Shown in pieces: positions 15,560 through 25,166 of a stretch of DNA of 64,000 bases. Position numbers and translations under genes: made by a program. The notes below the pieces were generated by a model. The model saw only the letters and a program-made list of their open reading frames with translations, made no database searches and was not told the DNA's origin. Origin of the DNA: Planctomycetaceae bacterium (GTDB lineage Bacteria; Planctomycetota; Planctomycetia; Pirellulales; Pirellulaceae); contig SXOA01000150.1 of NCBI GenBank assembly GCA_005778405.1, positions 1 to 64,000 on the forward strand. The letters are read 5' to 3'. Position 1 is the stretch's first letter; every line of letters starts with the position of its first letter.

Positions 15560-17374
15560 ATGAGCGACATGGCGTCGGCTCAGAAGTTTCGGTGGCTCGT
15601 TGCGGCAATTGGCGTGCTCCTCGCCGTGGCAGGAGGAGGCTGGCTGCTGCGGCAATCATGGTCGGGCAAGCCTGCTGCTGAAACGAAGCAGCCGAAGGCC
15701 GACCCGCTTTTGCCAACGACCCCTGTCTCTCGCCCCGTCCCTCCTCCCGAGGGCTACGTCGGCAGCGCGGCATGTGCGAGTTGCCATGCGGACCTTTGTA
15801 AAACCTTTGCCCAGCATCCGATGGGGCGTTCCTCTTCCCTCACTCCGGGGCCAGCCGACATCGAGGATTTCTCGCCTGAGAAAGGGATTTTCACGGCTGC
15901 CAACGGAACCCGTTATCAAGCCGAAAAGGTGGGAGACAAGGTCCTACATCATGAGATCGGCACTGACGCTCAAGGTCGTACGCTGTATGACCTGAAGGTT
16001 CCAGTCTCGGTGGCGCTCGGTTCGGGAACCCGTGGCAAGACCTACGCTGTCAATCGCGACGGAATACTTCTGCAATCCTCCATCTCCTGGTACTCCGCCA
16101 AAGGGGGCTATTTCGAGTTGTCCCCAGGTTATGAAAATGTTGCCGACAATCCGCACTTCAGCCGCCGCATGATGGAAGGCTGCCTGGTTTGCCATATCGG
16201 GCGAATGGAGTTCGATCCCGATGTCCCAGAAAAGCTGTTGCCTCCCTATGTCCATGAGGTTTCCATTGGCTGCGAGCGGTGTCACGGCCCGGGGGAACAA
16301 CATGTCCGCTCGCAGGAAGCCGGCAAGACTTTGTCGCCCGACCCTTCGATCGTGAATCCGGCCCGGCTGCCGATGCGCGAGCGGGAAAGCGTTTGTTACC
16401 AATGCCATTTGCACGGCGTTCATCGGGAAGTGAGATATGGCCGGCATCCGCGAGACTTCCGCCCCGGTATGCCGCTCGAAGAAATCTTCTGCGTCCTGGT
16501 CAAGGAAGACGCGGCAGTTGGGGACTCCAAAGCAGTCAGCCAGGTCGAGCAGATGCGGGCGAGCGCCTGTTTCAAGGGGAGTCCGGAAAAGTTGGGTTGC
16601 ATCTCTTGTCACAACCCGCATGAATGGCCCGCTGTGGAAACTCGCGACGATTATTATCGCGAGCGCTGTAACAAGTGCCACAAGGACAAAGGCTGTTCCG
16701 TACCGGTGAATCAACGAGCGGAAAAGGGAGATTCGTGCATTGCCTGCCATATGCCGCGGTCAACTCCCAAAGACGTGGTCCATGCTTCGCAGACCGATCA
16801 CCGTGTGTTGAAATCCCCCTCCTCAGTCACAGAATCGGAACAGTCGCCTACTCCCGGACGTTCTCAGTCGCCGCTCAAGTTTTTTGACGACAGCGACAAG
16901 CGTCTGCCGCACTGGGAAGTGCAGCGAACCAGAGGGATGATGCGGGCGAGTGCCAGGACGGCGGATGATCCCGAGCAAAATTCCCTGGCGCTGCTGTTAC
17001 CGCTAGCCAACATCGCTCCCGACGACGTTCCGTTGTTGAACGCACTAGGGGGCGATTATCTCAATCGCCAGAACCATGTCCAGGCGAGAAAGTGGTTGGA
17101 AAAAGCGGTCGCGCTCCAGCCCAAAAATGAGCAAACCCACGTACTCATGACGCTGACCTGTATTGGAATGAAAGACTTCGCTGCCGCCAAAGAGCATATC
17201 GGCGTGGCGGTAAAAATAAATCCCCACGTCCCCCTAAACTTTGCGATTCAGGCCCAAGTCCTGGCGGAATGCGGCGAATATGCGCAGGCCCTCCGGGCAG
17301 CGGAAAAGGTGGTCGAGCTCGATCCCACTCAAACGAGTATTCGCGATCAACTCCTCAAGTTACAGCGGAATTGA
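15560..17374 (+). CDS. multiheme c-type cytochrome with a C-terminal TPR-repeat region
   Basis: Seven CxxCH motifs (CASCH, CLVCH, CERCH, CYQCH, CISCH, CNKCH, CIACH), an N-terminal TM/signal segment and TPR-like C-terminal helices. Confidence 0.7.
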   Translation: MSDMASAQKFRWLVAAIGVLLAVAGGGWLLRQSWSGKPAAETKQPKADPLLPTTPVSRPVPPPEGYVGSAACASCHADLCKTFAQHPMGRSSSLTPGPADIEDFSPEKGIFTAANGTRYQAEKVGDKVLHHEIGTDAQGRTLYDLKVPVSVALGSGTRGKTYAVNRDGILLQSSISWYSAKGGYFELSPGYENVADNPHFSRRMMEGCLVCHIGRMEFDPDVPEKLLPPYVHEVSIGCERCHGPGEQHVRSQEAGKTLSPDPSIVNPARLPMRERESVCYQCHLHGVHREVRYGRHPRDFRPGMPLEEIFCVLVKEDAAVGDSKAVSQVEQMRASACFKGSPEKLGCISCHNPHEWPAVETRDDYYRERCNKCHKDKGCSVPVNQRAEKGDSCIACHMPRSTPKDVVHASQTDHRVLKSPSSVTESEQSPTPGRSQSPLKFFDDSDKRLPHWEVQRTRGMMRASARTADDPEQNSLALLLPLANIAPDDVPLLNALGGDYLNRQNHVQARKWLEKAVALQPKNEQTHVLMTLTCIGMKDFAAAKEHIGVAVKINPHVPLNFAIQAQVLAECGEYAQALRAAEKVVELDPTQTSIRDQLLKLQRN

Positions 17375-17377
17375 GCC

Positions 17378-18205
17378 TCATTTCTCACCGGCGATTTGTC
17401 CCCGCGTGGTCAAAAATGCAGGCTCAGCCGGTTTGCCTTCGGCCGGAGGCGTCTCGCCCGGTTTGGCTTCGGGGGCCTTTTCGGGCGGCGGTTCCTCTGG
17501 TTTGGCCGGCGTGGCGGGAGTTTCGCCGGATTCCTTGGTGAACTTCGCGTTGGCGGCAACGGAATAGACGATGTCGCGAATCTTACTGACGGCTGCCGAG
17601 ATGCTAGCTGGGGAATCGTCCTTGGCCTCTGAAAATGCCTCAATCGTGTACAGTCGACTATCGCGAACAATCTGCAGCGATTGAACCGCGCAGGGGGAGC
17701 CCCCTTGCGAAACCTGCCGCACGTGCCGCACCCAAACTCTGCCGCCGAGTATCACCGGCTTGGGCTTCTCGCGCACGAATTTGTTCTTATCGCTTTCCAG
17801 CTTCTTGCGAATGTTGGTGGCCAAATCGGCAGCATTCTCTGCGCTTGTTTCGTCGGTTCCATAAGGAGAGTCACTGGCAGCCACGGTGATTCGCGGCAGT
17901 TCGCTGACCTTGACCTTGGCGAAGACCACTAGATACTTGGCCTGGGGATAGTGACCCCAATCAGCGGGAGGGCACAACTCGAGTCGCGAGCCATCGAGGG
18001 GCCGTGACAGCGGCTCATCGACGGGAGGAAGATCGGCGATATCGTAACTCTTGACTTCGTTTTTGGTTCCCTCGGAGTCTCCGCCCCCTTCCATGACGCC
18101 CTTTTCCGGTTTGTCGCCGCCGGTTCCTCCGCAGCCGGACAAAGTTGCGAGGGCAAAACCGGCAACGAGGATCACTTGTAAAAGGAAAGATTTCATGTTT
18201 GGCAA
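17378..18205 (-). CDS. putative lipoprotein with a Pro/Glu/Lys-rich C-terminal tail
   Basis: Signal peptide with lipobox LSGC. No recognisable catalytic motif. Confidence 0.4.
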   Translation of the reverse strand: MPNMKSFLLQVILVAGFALATLSGCGGTGGDKPEKGVMEGGGDSEGTKNEVKSYDIADLPPVDEPLSRPLDGSRLELCPPADWGHYPQAKYLVVFAKVKVSELPRITVAASDSPYGTDETSAENAADLATNIRKKLESDKNKFVREKPKPVILGGRVWVRHVRQVSQGGSPCAVQSLQIVRDSRLYTIEAFSEAKDDSPASISAAVSKIRDIVYSVAANAKFTKESGETPATPAKPEEPPPEKAPEAKPGETPPAEGKPAEPAFLTTRGQIAGEK

Positions 18206-18397
18206 AAGCCCCGATTCAGTAATTGTGGAGTTCGCACTGCATGATAGCCTTTCCGCAGCCAGTTTTCACGCGCACCGCCGGTAAACATTTGGTTGACGCA
18301 AGACAGGGGCAGTCCTATAGTGAGTCGGTGCGGTCGGATTAACCGTGGGCCGCAGCGACTTTTTGGTACTTGAGGATCCCCACGCAGGGACAGCTTC

Positions 18398-18892
18398 ATG
18401 AGTAGCGGCGAAGAAGGAGCTGGCGTTGGCTTTGCCACGATGCGGGGCCGCGATTTCCCCACGATCCGGCAGTTCACGGTGCTCCTGGAAAATCGGGTCG
18501 GCGAGCTTCTGAAGGTAGTGCGCAGGTTCGAGGGGAGCCGCGTCCGGATTGTCGCGCTCTCCATCAACGACGCCACGGAGTGTGCCGTGGTCCGTTTCCT
18601 GCTCTCGCATCCCGAGCAAGGGCGGGAGATTCTGGAACGAGCCGGCTTGGCGATCATCGAAACCGACCTGATCGGCGTCGAGCTCCCCCCCACCACGCAG
18701 CCGCTCGTGCAAGTCTGCACCGCGCTCCTGCAAGCGGAAGTGAACATCGTGCAAGCCATCCCGCTCATCATCCGCCCTCACGGCAACGCAGCCGTGGCGC
18801 TGATGGTGGACAACCTGGAAATGGCCATGGAAACCCTTCACAGCAAGGGCTTCACAATGCTGACGGAAGGGGATCTGGCGGAAGAAGAGTAA
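18398..18892 (+). CDS. tandem ACT-domain protein
   Basis: Two ~70-aa repeats with the beta-alpha-beta-beta-alpha-beta pattern typical of ACT (..FTVLLENRVGELLKVV.. and ..LIGVELPPTTQPLVQVCTALL..). Confidence 0.45.
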   Translation: MSSGEEGAGVGFATMRGRDFPTIRQFTVLLENRVGELLKVVRRFEGSRVRIVALSINDATECAVVRFLLSHPEQGREILERAGLAIIETDLIGVELPPTTQPLVQVCTALLQAEVNIVQAIPLIIRPHGNAAVALMVDNLEMAMETLHSKGFTMLTEGDLAEEE

Positions 18893-18931
18893 AGCCGGGA
18901 AGTGAAACCATCTGGCACGCTTCCTCGAGCA

Positions 18932-20065
18932 TTACGCCAGTGGTGCCATTGGGGCCTTCACATTTCCGCACCGCGAGCATGCAGGCAGCAAGCTGGGGCG
19001 AATGGTGTTGCATTCCTCGCATTTCTCGTAAAGCTGCGTCGTGCAGACCGGACAGACATAGGGCTCTTCGGCTTCAGCCGACAACGGTGCCGGGGGGACC
19101 AGCTTGCGGATGCTGCGGCGCGTCCAGGTGAGATACCGCAAAGGCCCGCGGCGAATGGGATAGGAGCAGACCGGGCAGAGAAAGGCTTCATAGGCCTCCC
19201 GATACTGCCGCAGGAGCCAATCGCGGCTGGGGCGGGCGATCATTCGGAGCAAGAAGATGAGAATCCACAGCACGACCGCGAGGGATGACAGAATCAAGAT
19301 GTACTTGAAGTAGCGGGCGGGAAAATACTCATGCATCACCAGGCCGACACGCAGGAGCACCGCCGCGCCGAGGGCATAGACGAGTGGCACGAATGACGAC
19401 CGGCGAAAACGGATAAAAAGCACCACGGCGACGAGCAGAACGGGTAAGAGGAAACCAAGCTTGAAAGTTCCCAGCCACAGGTTGTGACGATCCAGGAGCC
19501 TGGCATATTCGGTCTGGATTGGCGCTCGCAAAGCATACAGCGTCGCGTTGTATTCTTCCCGCCGCGCGGAGAGCGCCCGGCGCTCGGCGTCCAGCTTGAC
19601 GAGTTCTTCGTTGATTTTTTGATACTGCTGCTGGTTGGCGAGGAAACGGCGTTCGCTCTCGGCCAGCGCGAGTTGCTCGTCGGCGGAGGGCTTGATGCTT
19701 TGCTGCAGGTTCAGACGCTGAAACTCCAGCAACTGCGTCATCGTGCGCTGCGAGTTTTCGGTGCTGTCTCGTAGCAGTAGTTGCTGGGCATTCTGGTCGG
19801 CAATCCGCGCTTCCACCTGTTTCCATTGCCCCTCCAGCGCGACCCCCTCGCGCAGCACCTGCGCGTCGAGGAGCTCCGCCTCGATGGCCTGATATTCCGG
19901 TCCGGGCCACGAGCTGATGTCGCCAAGTGCAAAGCCGAGCAGCCAGTAAGTCAATAATGCCAGAATGACAGTGAAGAACCACAGCAAAACTCGATGTGAC
20001 CAAGGCCCTTGGGGACGAGCTTCCGGTAAAGACATGTTCGTTCCCGCCTGTGAAGTGAGAGCCAA
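18932..20065 (-). CDS. membrane protein: N-terminal TM, long coiled-coil, three TM helices, C-terminal Cys-rich zinc-ribbon-like region
   Basis: Heptad-rich segment ~residues 60-190. C-terminal CPVCSYP...CPVCTTQLYEKCEECN...CSRCGN. Confidence 0.4.
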   Translation of the reverse strand: MALTSQAGTNMSLPEARPQGPWSHRVLLWFFTVILALLTYWLLGFALGDISSWPGPEYQAIEAELLDAQVLREGVALEGQWKQVEARIADQNAQQLLLRDSTENSQRTMTQLLEFQRLNLQQSIKPSADEQLALAESERRFLANQQQYQKINEELVKLDAERRALSARREEYNATLYALRAPIQTEYARLLDRHNLWLGTFKLGFLLPVLLVAVVLFIRFRRSSFVPLVYALGAAVLLRVGLVMHEYFPARYFKYILILSSLAVVLWILIFLLRMIARPSRDWLLRQYREAYEAFLCPVCSYPIRRGPLRYLTWTRRSIRKLVPPAPLSAEAEEPYVCPVCTTQLYEKCEECNTIRPSLLPACSRCGNVKAPMAPLA

Positions 20066-20896
20066 CTATCGAAAGACCTGATCCGACAATTCCGGCAGTT
20101 TGCGGAGGCCGACTTTGCGGACGGTGCTCCAGGGAATGATCGTAACGGAGTAAGTGCCGTCTCCTTCCTTGCTGCCGAAGACGCCGAATTCCTTGATCGA
20201 GAGAACTTCAGAGTAGAGTTCCGGCGACACAATTTCCCCTTCGGCCAGGAAGATTTCCAGCTCGGTATCGTCCCCTTTGCGGTCCCAAAGGCGGCCGACG
20301 ATGTAGCAGAGGGGATGGATGCCGTCCGGCGGTGGGTCAACGATGTCTTCTACCTCGACCGCTTCGTAGACTTCCTCCACGTTCTCGTCCGACTCAAAGC
20401 CGGGAAAAACAAATTGTTCGCTGCTGGCAGGATCCGCGGAGGTTTCGGTGGGAGTTTCTTCGGGAAGCTCCGACTCGTCGTCATCGGAGGGGATGCGGAA
20501 TTTGGCCCCGCAGTGTGGGCATTTGCCCGCTTTGCCCTTCAGGCTGGGGGGCCCATTGAGCTTGTGACCGTTGGGACAGAGGAAAATGAACATCTCGGCC
20601 GGGTCGAGTTTCCCCTTGCCGCTTCCCTGGCCAATCTCCGCCTGTGGAGCCTTATCGTTCGCCGGCGTCTGTTCGACCTTTTCGGCGGCGATCCCCTCGG
20701 CTGGTGCGTCGGCGGAATGTTCCGCCGCGGGCTGTTCCCCTTCCTCTTCCTCCTCCGGCGTGGGGACGACGAAAGGGGTGCTGCACTTTGGGCATTTTCC
20801 CGGCCGGCCGGCCAGATTGTCAGGGGCCGTGAGCTGGTGGCCGTTCGGGCAAAGGAACTTGATGGGCATAAGAGGGGAATGGCGAGTTGTTTCCAT
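20066..20896 (-). CDS. protein with two tandem zinc-ribbon modules (CPNGH...CPKC / CPNGH...CPHC), an acidic linker and a C-terminal domain
   Basis: Duplicated motif FLCPNGH(Q/K)L..P....G..GKCP(K/H)C...F..P seen in the translation. Confidence 0.45.
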   Translation of the reverse strand: METTRHSPLMPIKFLCPNGHQLTAPDNLAGRPGKCPKCSTPFVVPTPEEEEEGEQPAAEHSADAPAEGIAAEKVEQTPANDKAPQAEIGQGSGKGKLDPAEMFIFLCPNGHKLNGPPSLKGKAGKCPHCGAKFRIPSDDDESELPEETPTETSADPASSEQFVFPGFESDENVEEVYEAVEVEDIVDPPPDGIHPLCYIVGRLWDRKGDDTELEIFLAEGEIVSPELYSEVLSIKEFGVFGSKEGDGTYSVTIIPWSTVRKVGLRKLPELSDQVFR

Positions 20897-21127
20897 AACT
20901 GGCGAAGAGGTCAGTCCTGATGGTAGTTGAAGGAGCGCGGAGGTTCAACGCAGCGGTCCCGGCAACTTGACGCGGCCCGCGCTTGTGCGAAACTAGCGAA
21001 AGCACTCGCGGAACAGAGTCAGCAATCACCGACCGGCACGGCAGCGGCAGGCATCTCGCCTGCAATCTCCGCCGGAAAGGGCAATTCTGTTTCGCCTCGA
21101 CGAGCCGCATCTGGGGATCCTTAGTCT

Positions 21128-21973
21128 ATGGCGATTGACGTAATCTGCGCCGCTTGCAAAACCCGCTTTCAGGTGAGCGACAAATTCGCCGGCAAGCAGG
21201 GGCCCTGCCCCAAGTGCAAAGCCATCATCACCGTGCCGTCCAAAAAGGACGAAGTGGTGATTCATGCGCCGGAAGTCTCCGGTCCCAAAGACAGCAAAGG
21301 GATGTTCGTTCTTAAGCCGCTCACCCGCACCGAGGCGCGCCTGTCGCAGTTGAACATCGGGATTATTGTGGGGAGCGTCGTGCTGCTGCTCTTGGTTTCG
21401 CTGGTGCTGCGGATTGCCTATCGCAAAGATTTGCAGATGCCGGCCGCCGCCGCCCAAGGCACGAAGGGAGGGCCCCCGAAAACCAAGGAAGGCACGCCGG
21501 CCGCGACCGACAAGAGTTCCAAAGAGAAAGCTAAGCCAGGCGAGACCGCACCCAAAATGGGCATCACGGTCCCCATTTCTTTGCAAATCATTTTGGCACT
21601 GGGCGCCATCTTGCTCGCCCCGGCAGTTGCCTTTGCCGGTTATACGTTTCTGCGGAACGATGAGCTGGAGCCGTATCGCGGAACGGCCCTTTATATTCGC
21701 CTGCTGATCATCTCCGGGGCCTACCCGATGATGTGGGGCATCTACTGGGCGCTGTTTGGTTATTTCTCGGACAATTTTGAGGGAGGCCCGCCTCTCATGG
21801 CGCTGGCCATGGTCGTGCCCTTGCTGATCCTGGCCGGAGCGTTCGTCGCGCACACGACTTTTGATATCGAGTATGGCACAGCGCTGTTGCACTGTTGCAT
21901 GTATCTGAGCGCCACGGTGTTGCTGCGGCTGATTATCGGATTGCCGCCGCACTGGACGGTTTGGGGCACGTGA
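21128..21973 (+). CDS. membrane protein with an N-terminal MJ0042-type zinc ribbon (CAAC...CPKC) and 4-5 TM helices
   Basis: MAIDVICAACKTRFQV...GPCPKCKAIITVP followed by hydrophobic helices. Confidence 0.45.
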   Translation: MAIDVICAACKTRFQVSDKFAGKQGPCPKCKAIITVPSKKDEVVIHAPEVSGPKDSKGMFVLKPLTRTEARLSQLNIGIIVGSVVLLLLVSLVLRIAYRKDLQMPAAAAQGTKGGPPKTKEGTPAATDKSSKEKAKPGETAPKMGITVPISLQIILALGAILLAPAVAFAGYTFLRNDELEPYRGTALYIRLLIISGAYPMMWGIYWALFGYFSDNFEGGPPLMALAMVVPLLILAGAFVAHTTFDIEYGTALLHCCMYLSATVLLRLIIGLPPHWTVWGT

Positions 21974-23087
21974 CCTGGGTGGCCCATCGTTTTCTGGGCA
22001 CATTGCTCGTCGTCACCCATTCGACAATCCGCCAGTCCAGCCAGCGGCGGTCGGGATCAGCCCCTTTCTTGCTTACAAAGCCCAAATGACCTCCCGTGGG
22101 CACGATAGCCAATCGAGTACTGCTCGAATAATTTGCCGCCTCGAACGGGCGCACGGGGACAATGGGGTCGTCCGCGGCAGCGACCACGATGGTGGGGACG
22201 TCGATTTCCTTGAGGAGCGGCGCGGAACTGGCGCGGCGATAATATTCCTCGGCGGAAGCAAATCCCCCGAGCGGAGCAGTGAACCGCTCGTCAAAGTCGC
22301 GGAGGTGACGGGGCGAAGGATGAAGCGGCGGCGCAATCTCGCGTGACACGCGACCATTGCGGATGACCGCCTCGCGCAAAAGATTGCGCAGGAATTTGCG
22401 GTTGTACCAAATGTTCAAGCCAGTCTCCATGTTTTGGGCGCAGGCAATCAGGTCAATGGGCGGGGCCACGGCCATCGCCCCTGCCAGATTGGCCGGTCGC
22501 TGCCGGCCGAGTTCTCCGAGGAGCTTGAGGACCAGATTGGCCCCCATCGAGAAGCCGACCAGAAACACGGGAGAGTCGGGGCACGATTCGATTACGTGGG
22601 CCAGGGCAACTCCCACGTCTTCGCTGCGCCCCGCATGCACCGGCAACTTTGCCAGCTCCTTGCCCGCGCCGCAGCCGCGCAGGTCCATGCGAAAAACCCG
22701 TACGCCCTTGGCCACCAGCTTCGCCGCTGTCCGCTGCATGTAGGTGGACTGATGGCAGCCGCCGAGGCCGTGGACGAGCAAAGCGACACGGTCGCCGGCT
22801 TGCCAGGCCGAGGGAACAGGAGACAGGGGACAGGGGACAGTCAAACGCTGCCAGTTCGCTGTTTCCTGTCTCTTGTGCCCTGTCTCCTGTTCTCCGTTTC
22901 CTGTCCCCTGTCCCCTGCTTCCTCCTCCCGGCACATCATCGTGCAGCACCAGCCGATCGCCATCCGGCAGCGGCACCAAGTGCTGCTTGCCATTGGCGGC
23001 CCATTTCAAGCCGGGAAGATAGCAGCCCAAAATAGTTTGGGCGTGACCGCCACGAACTAACGGATGCGGGATGAAGGGTGGGAACAT
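21933..23087 (-). CDS. alpha/beta-fold hydrolase (YheT-like) carrying a low-complexity loop insertion
   Basis: HGLGG oxyanion region, GFSMGAN nucleophile elbow, and the later catalytic Asp/His context. Confidence 0.65.
   Translation of the reverse strand: MFPPFIPHPLVRGGHAQTILGCYLPGLKWAANGKQHLVPLPDGDRLVLHDDVPGGGSRGQGTGNGEQETGHKRQETANWQRLTVPCPLSPVPSAWQAGDRVALLVHGLGGCHQSTYMQRTAAKLVAKGVRVFRMDLRGCGAGKELAKLPVHAGRSEDVGVALAHVIESCPDSPVFLVGFSMGANLVLKLLGELGRQRPANLAGAMAVAPPIDLIACAQNMETGLNIWYNRKFLRNLLREAVIRNGRVSREIAPPLHPSPRHLRDFDERFTAPLGGFASAEEYYRRASSAPLLKEIDVPTIVVAAADDPIVPVRPFEAANYSSSTRLAIVPTGGHLGFVSKKGADPDRRWLDWRIVEWVTTSNVPRKRWATQVTCPKPSSAAAIR
22805..22925. repeat. GA-rich / CT-rich inverted-repeat low-complexity element in-frame inside the hydrolase gene
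   Basis: aacaggagacaggggacaggggacag ... gccctgtctcctgtt ... cctgtcccctgtcccctg. The 17-mer caggggacaggggacag recurs as its reverse complement. Confidence 0.5.
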
Positions 23088-23281
23088 CGCTAAACCAGGA
23101 TTGGTTGGATCAAGGTGAATGGCCTCAATGAGCCTGCCTGGGAGAGTTGCATTTTACGTTACGCATTTTTTTCCGCAGGGCAAGAGAGGACGCCTAAAAA
23201 TCTTTACCGGGAAATGAATCCTGGCCAGAAACGCCGAAGTGCTAGCCAACATAGCTTCTCCAAGCCTCCTCAACCCCTAGA

Positions 23282-24235
23282 ATGAGATGCATCCAAGGAG
23301 TGGAGATGTTCAACTGGTTAAGGAACAAGCTGGAGCCGGTCTCCCTTCTGCCGGAGCCTCGCCGATTGCCCATGCCGTTCATCGTGGGCGCTCCCCGCTC
23401 CGGCACTACGCTCCTGCGCTTCATGTTGGATTCGCATTCCGAACTGGCGATTCCGCCGGAAACCGGATTCGTAATCCCCTGTTCTCAACTGACTTCAAGG
23501 GGGACCGACTTGGAGCGGGACTTGGTGGAGACCATCGGTAACTTCCCGCCGGAGGCTCCCGCATGGCAAGACTTTGGAATTCCGATCGACGCCCTACGGG
23601 ACAAAATCCGTCAAACCCGGCCGCTTACGGTCGCTGGCGGAGTACGAGCGTTCTACGAGATCTACGCCGCTCGCTTTGGCAAGCGGCGGTGGGGGGACAA
23701 GACGCCGCTCTACTGCCTCCATTTGGCCGACATTGAGAAGCTCCTCCCGGAAGCGCACTTCGTGCATCTCATCCGAGATGGCCGGGATGCATCCCTTTCG
23801 TTGAGAAACCTCTGGTTTTCCCCGGGCAATGACATCGCAACCTTGGCAAGGTACTGGCGTCGCGCGGTCAGCACTGCCCGGTCTCAAGGGGCCGGCTGCC
23901 ACCATTACTTGGAGGTCCGCTATGAGGATGTCGTGCTGCGGACGGAAGATACGCTCTTGAGAATTTGTCGCTTCCTGGACTTACCCTATGACCCGGCAAT
24001 GCTCCGTTACTTCGAGCGAACCCCACAGCGTTTGCAGGAGCACCGGGAACGAACTCGAACGGATGGCCGGGTGGTCGTCACCAGGAATCAACGTTGGCGG
24101 CAGCAACGGCAGACGACACAGCCCCCTGATGCCTCGCGGATTGGTGGCTGGAAGCAAGCCATGAGCCCAGAGGAGCAATTGCAGTTTGCCAGCATCGCGG
24201 GAGACTTGTTACGACAATTGGGATACGAAGCGTGA
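23282..24235 (+). CDS. sulfotransferase family protein (PAPS-dependent)
   Basis: 5'-PSB motif GAPRSGTTLL and a 3'-PB-like region (..LIRDGRD..). Confidence 0.6.
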   Translation: MRCIQGVEMFNWLRNKLEPVSLLPEPRRLPMPFIVGAPRSGTTLLRFMLDSHSELAIPPETGFVIPCSQLTSRGTDLERDLVETIGNFPPEAPAWQDFGIPIDALRDKIRQTRPLTVAGGVRAFYEIYAARFGKRRWGDKTPLYCLHLADIEKLLPEAHFVHLIRDGRDASLSLRNLWFSPGNDIATLARYWRRAVSTARSQGAGCHHYLEVRYEDVVLRTEDTLLRICRFLDLPYDPAMLRYFERTPQRLQEHRERTRTDGRVVVTRNQRWRQQRQTTQPPDASRIGGWKQAMSPEEQLQFASIAGDLLRQLGYEA

Positions 24236-24353
24236 AGGTCGCGAGACCTGCTAGCATCGCGATCGTAAGACCGCTCTTGTCCACTCACTAGCTCCAGCTA
24301 TACTCCGCCCCTTTCATCTCCGAGAAATCTCTCGGATCGTAAGGGATATCGCC

Positions 24354-25166
24354 TTGGAACAATTCCTTGATATCTTCGCAGGCCGCACGGCGCTGGCCAT
24401 CGCCCATCCTGGGCACGAGCTGCGGGTCTTTGGCTGGATGCAGCGGGCCAAGCCCTTGGTTCTCGTGCTGACCGATGGTTCGGGAGGAAGAAGCTCATCG
24501 CGGCTGGCATCGACCGAACGGATCATGCGACAAACAGGGGGCCGGCAAAGCGGCTTCTTCGGCCGATTTCCTGACCGGCAGATTTATCAGGCAGTATTGC
24601 AGGGAAATACGCAACTCTTTTTGAACGTGGCCACGGAAGTGGCGCACGAACTGGTGCAAAACGATATTGAGATCGTGGTGGGGGATGCCGCGGAGCGGGC
24701 GATTCTGACGCACGACCTGTGGCGTGGCGTCGTCAATCGCGCCATCGGGCTGGCCGAACAGGAAATGGACCGGCCTTTGGCAAGCTTTGAGTTTTCTCTG
24801 GACGAAGCGATCCCTGCGGCAGCGATCCCCGCGGCATTCAAGCTGGAGCTTAGCGACGCCGAGTTGCAGGCGAAGATTTCGGCGGCCCGCTCCTATCGCG
24901 AGCTCGCGCAGGAGGTTGAGGCGGTGATTGCGAGTCATGGAGAGGAAGGCTTGCGAGAGGAGACATTTCTGCATGCGCAGAGCGACGAACTCTTGGCAAG
25001 CGATCACCAGCCGCCCCGCTATGAGTTGCACGGCGAGCGTCAAGTCGCCGCAGGGTTGTACTCGCAGGTGGTGCGTTACCAGCGGCACGTCTTCCCCATT
25101 CTGCGGGCCCTACAATCGGGTCGCGAAAGAGCCCGCAACAAACGGCAACTCCTGGAGGCGGCATGA
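24354..25166 (+). CDS. putative PIG-L/LmbE-like N-acetylglucosaminyl deacetylase (BshB/MshB-like), with a divergent AHPGHE motif
   Basis: N-terminal ..LAIAHPGHE..VLVLTDGSGG.. resembles the LmbE metal-binding block. Its stop overlaps the start of the downstream GT4 gene (ATGA). Confidence 0.4.
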   Translation: MEQFLDIFAGRTALAIAHPGHELRVFGWMQRAKPLVLVLTDGSGGRSSSRLASTERIMRQTGGRQSGFFGRFPDRQIYQAVLQGNTQLFLNVATEVAHELVQNDIEIVVGDAAERAILTHDLWRGVVNRAIGLAEQEMDRPLASFEFSLDEAIPAAAIPAAFKLELSDAELQAKISAARSYRELAQEVEAVIASHGEEGLREETFLHAQSDELLASDHQPPRYELHGERQVAAGLYSQVVRYQRHVFPILRALQSGRERARNKRQLLEAA

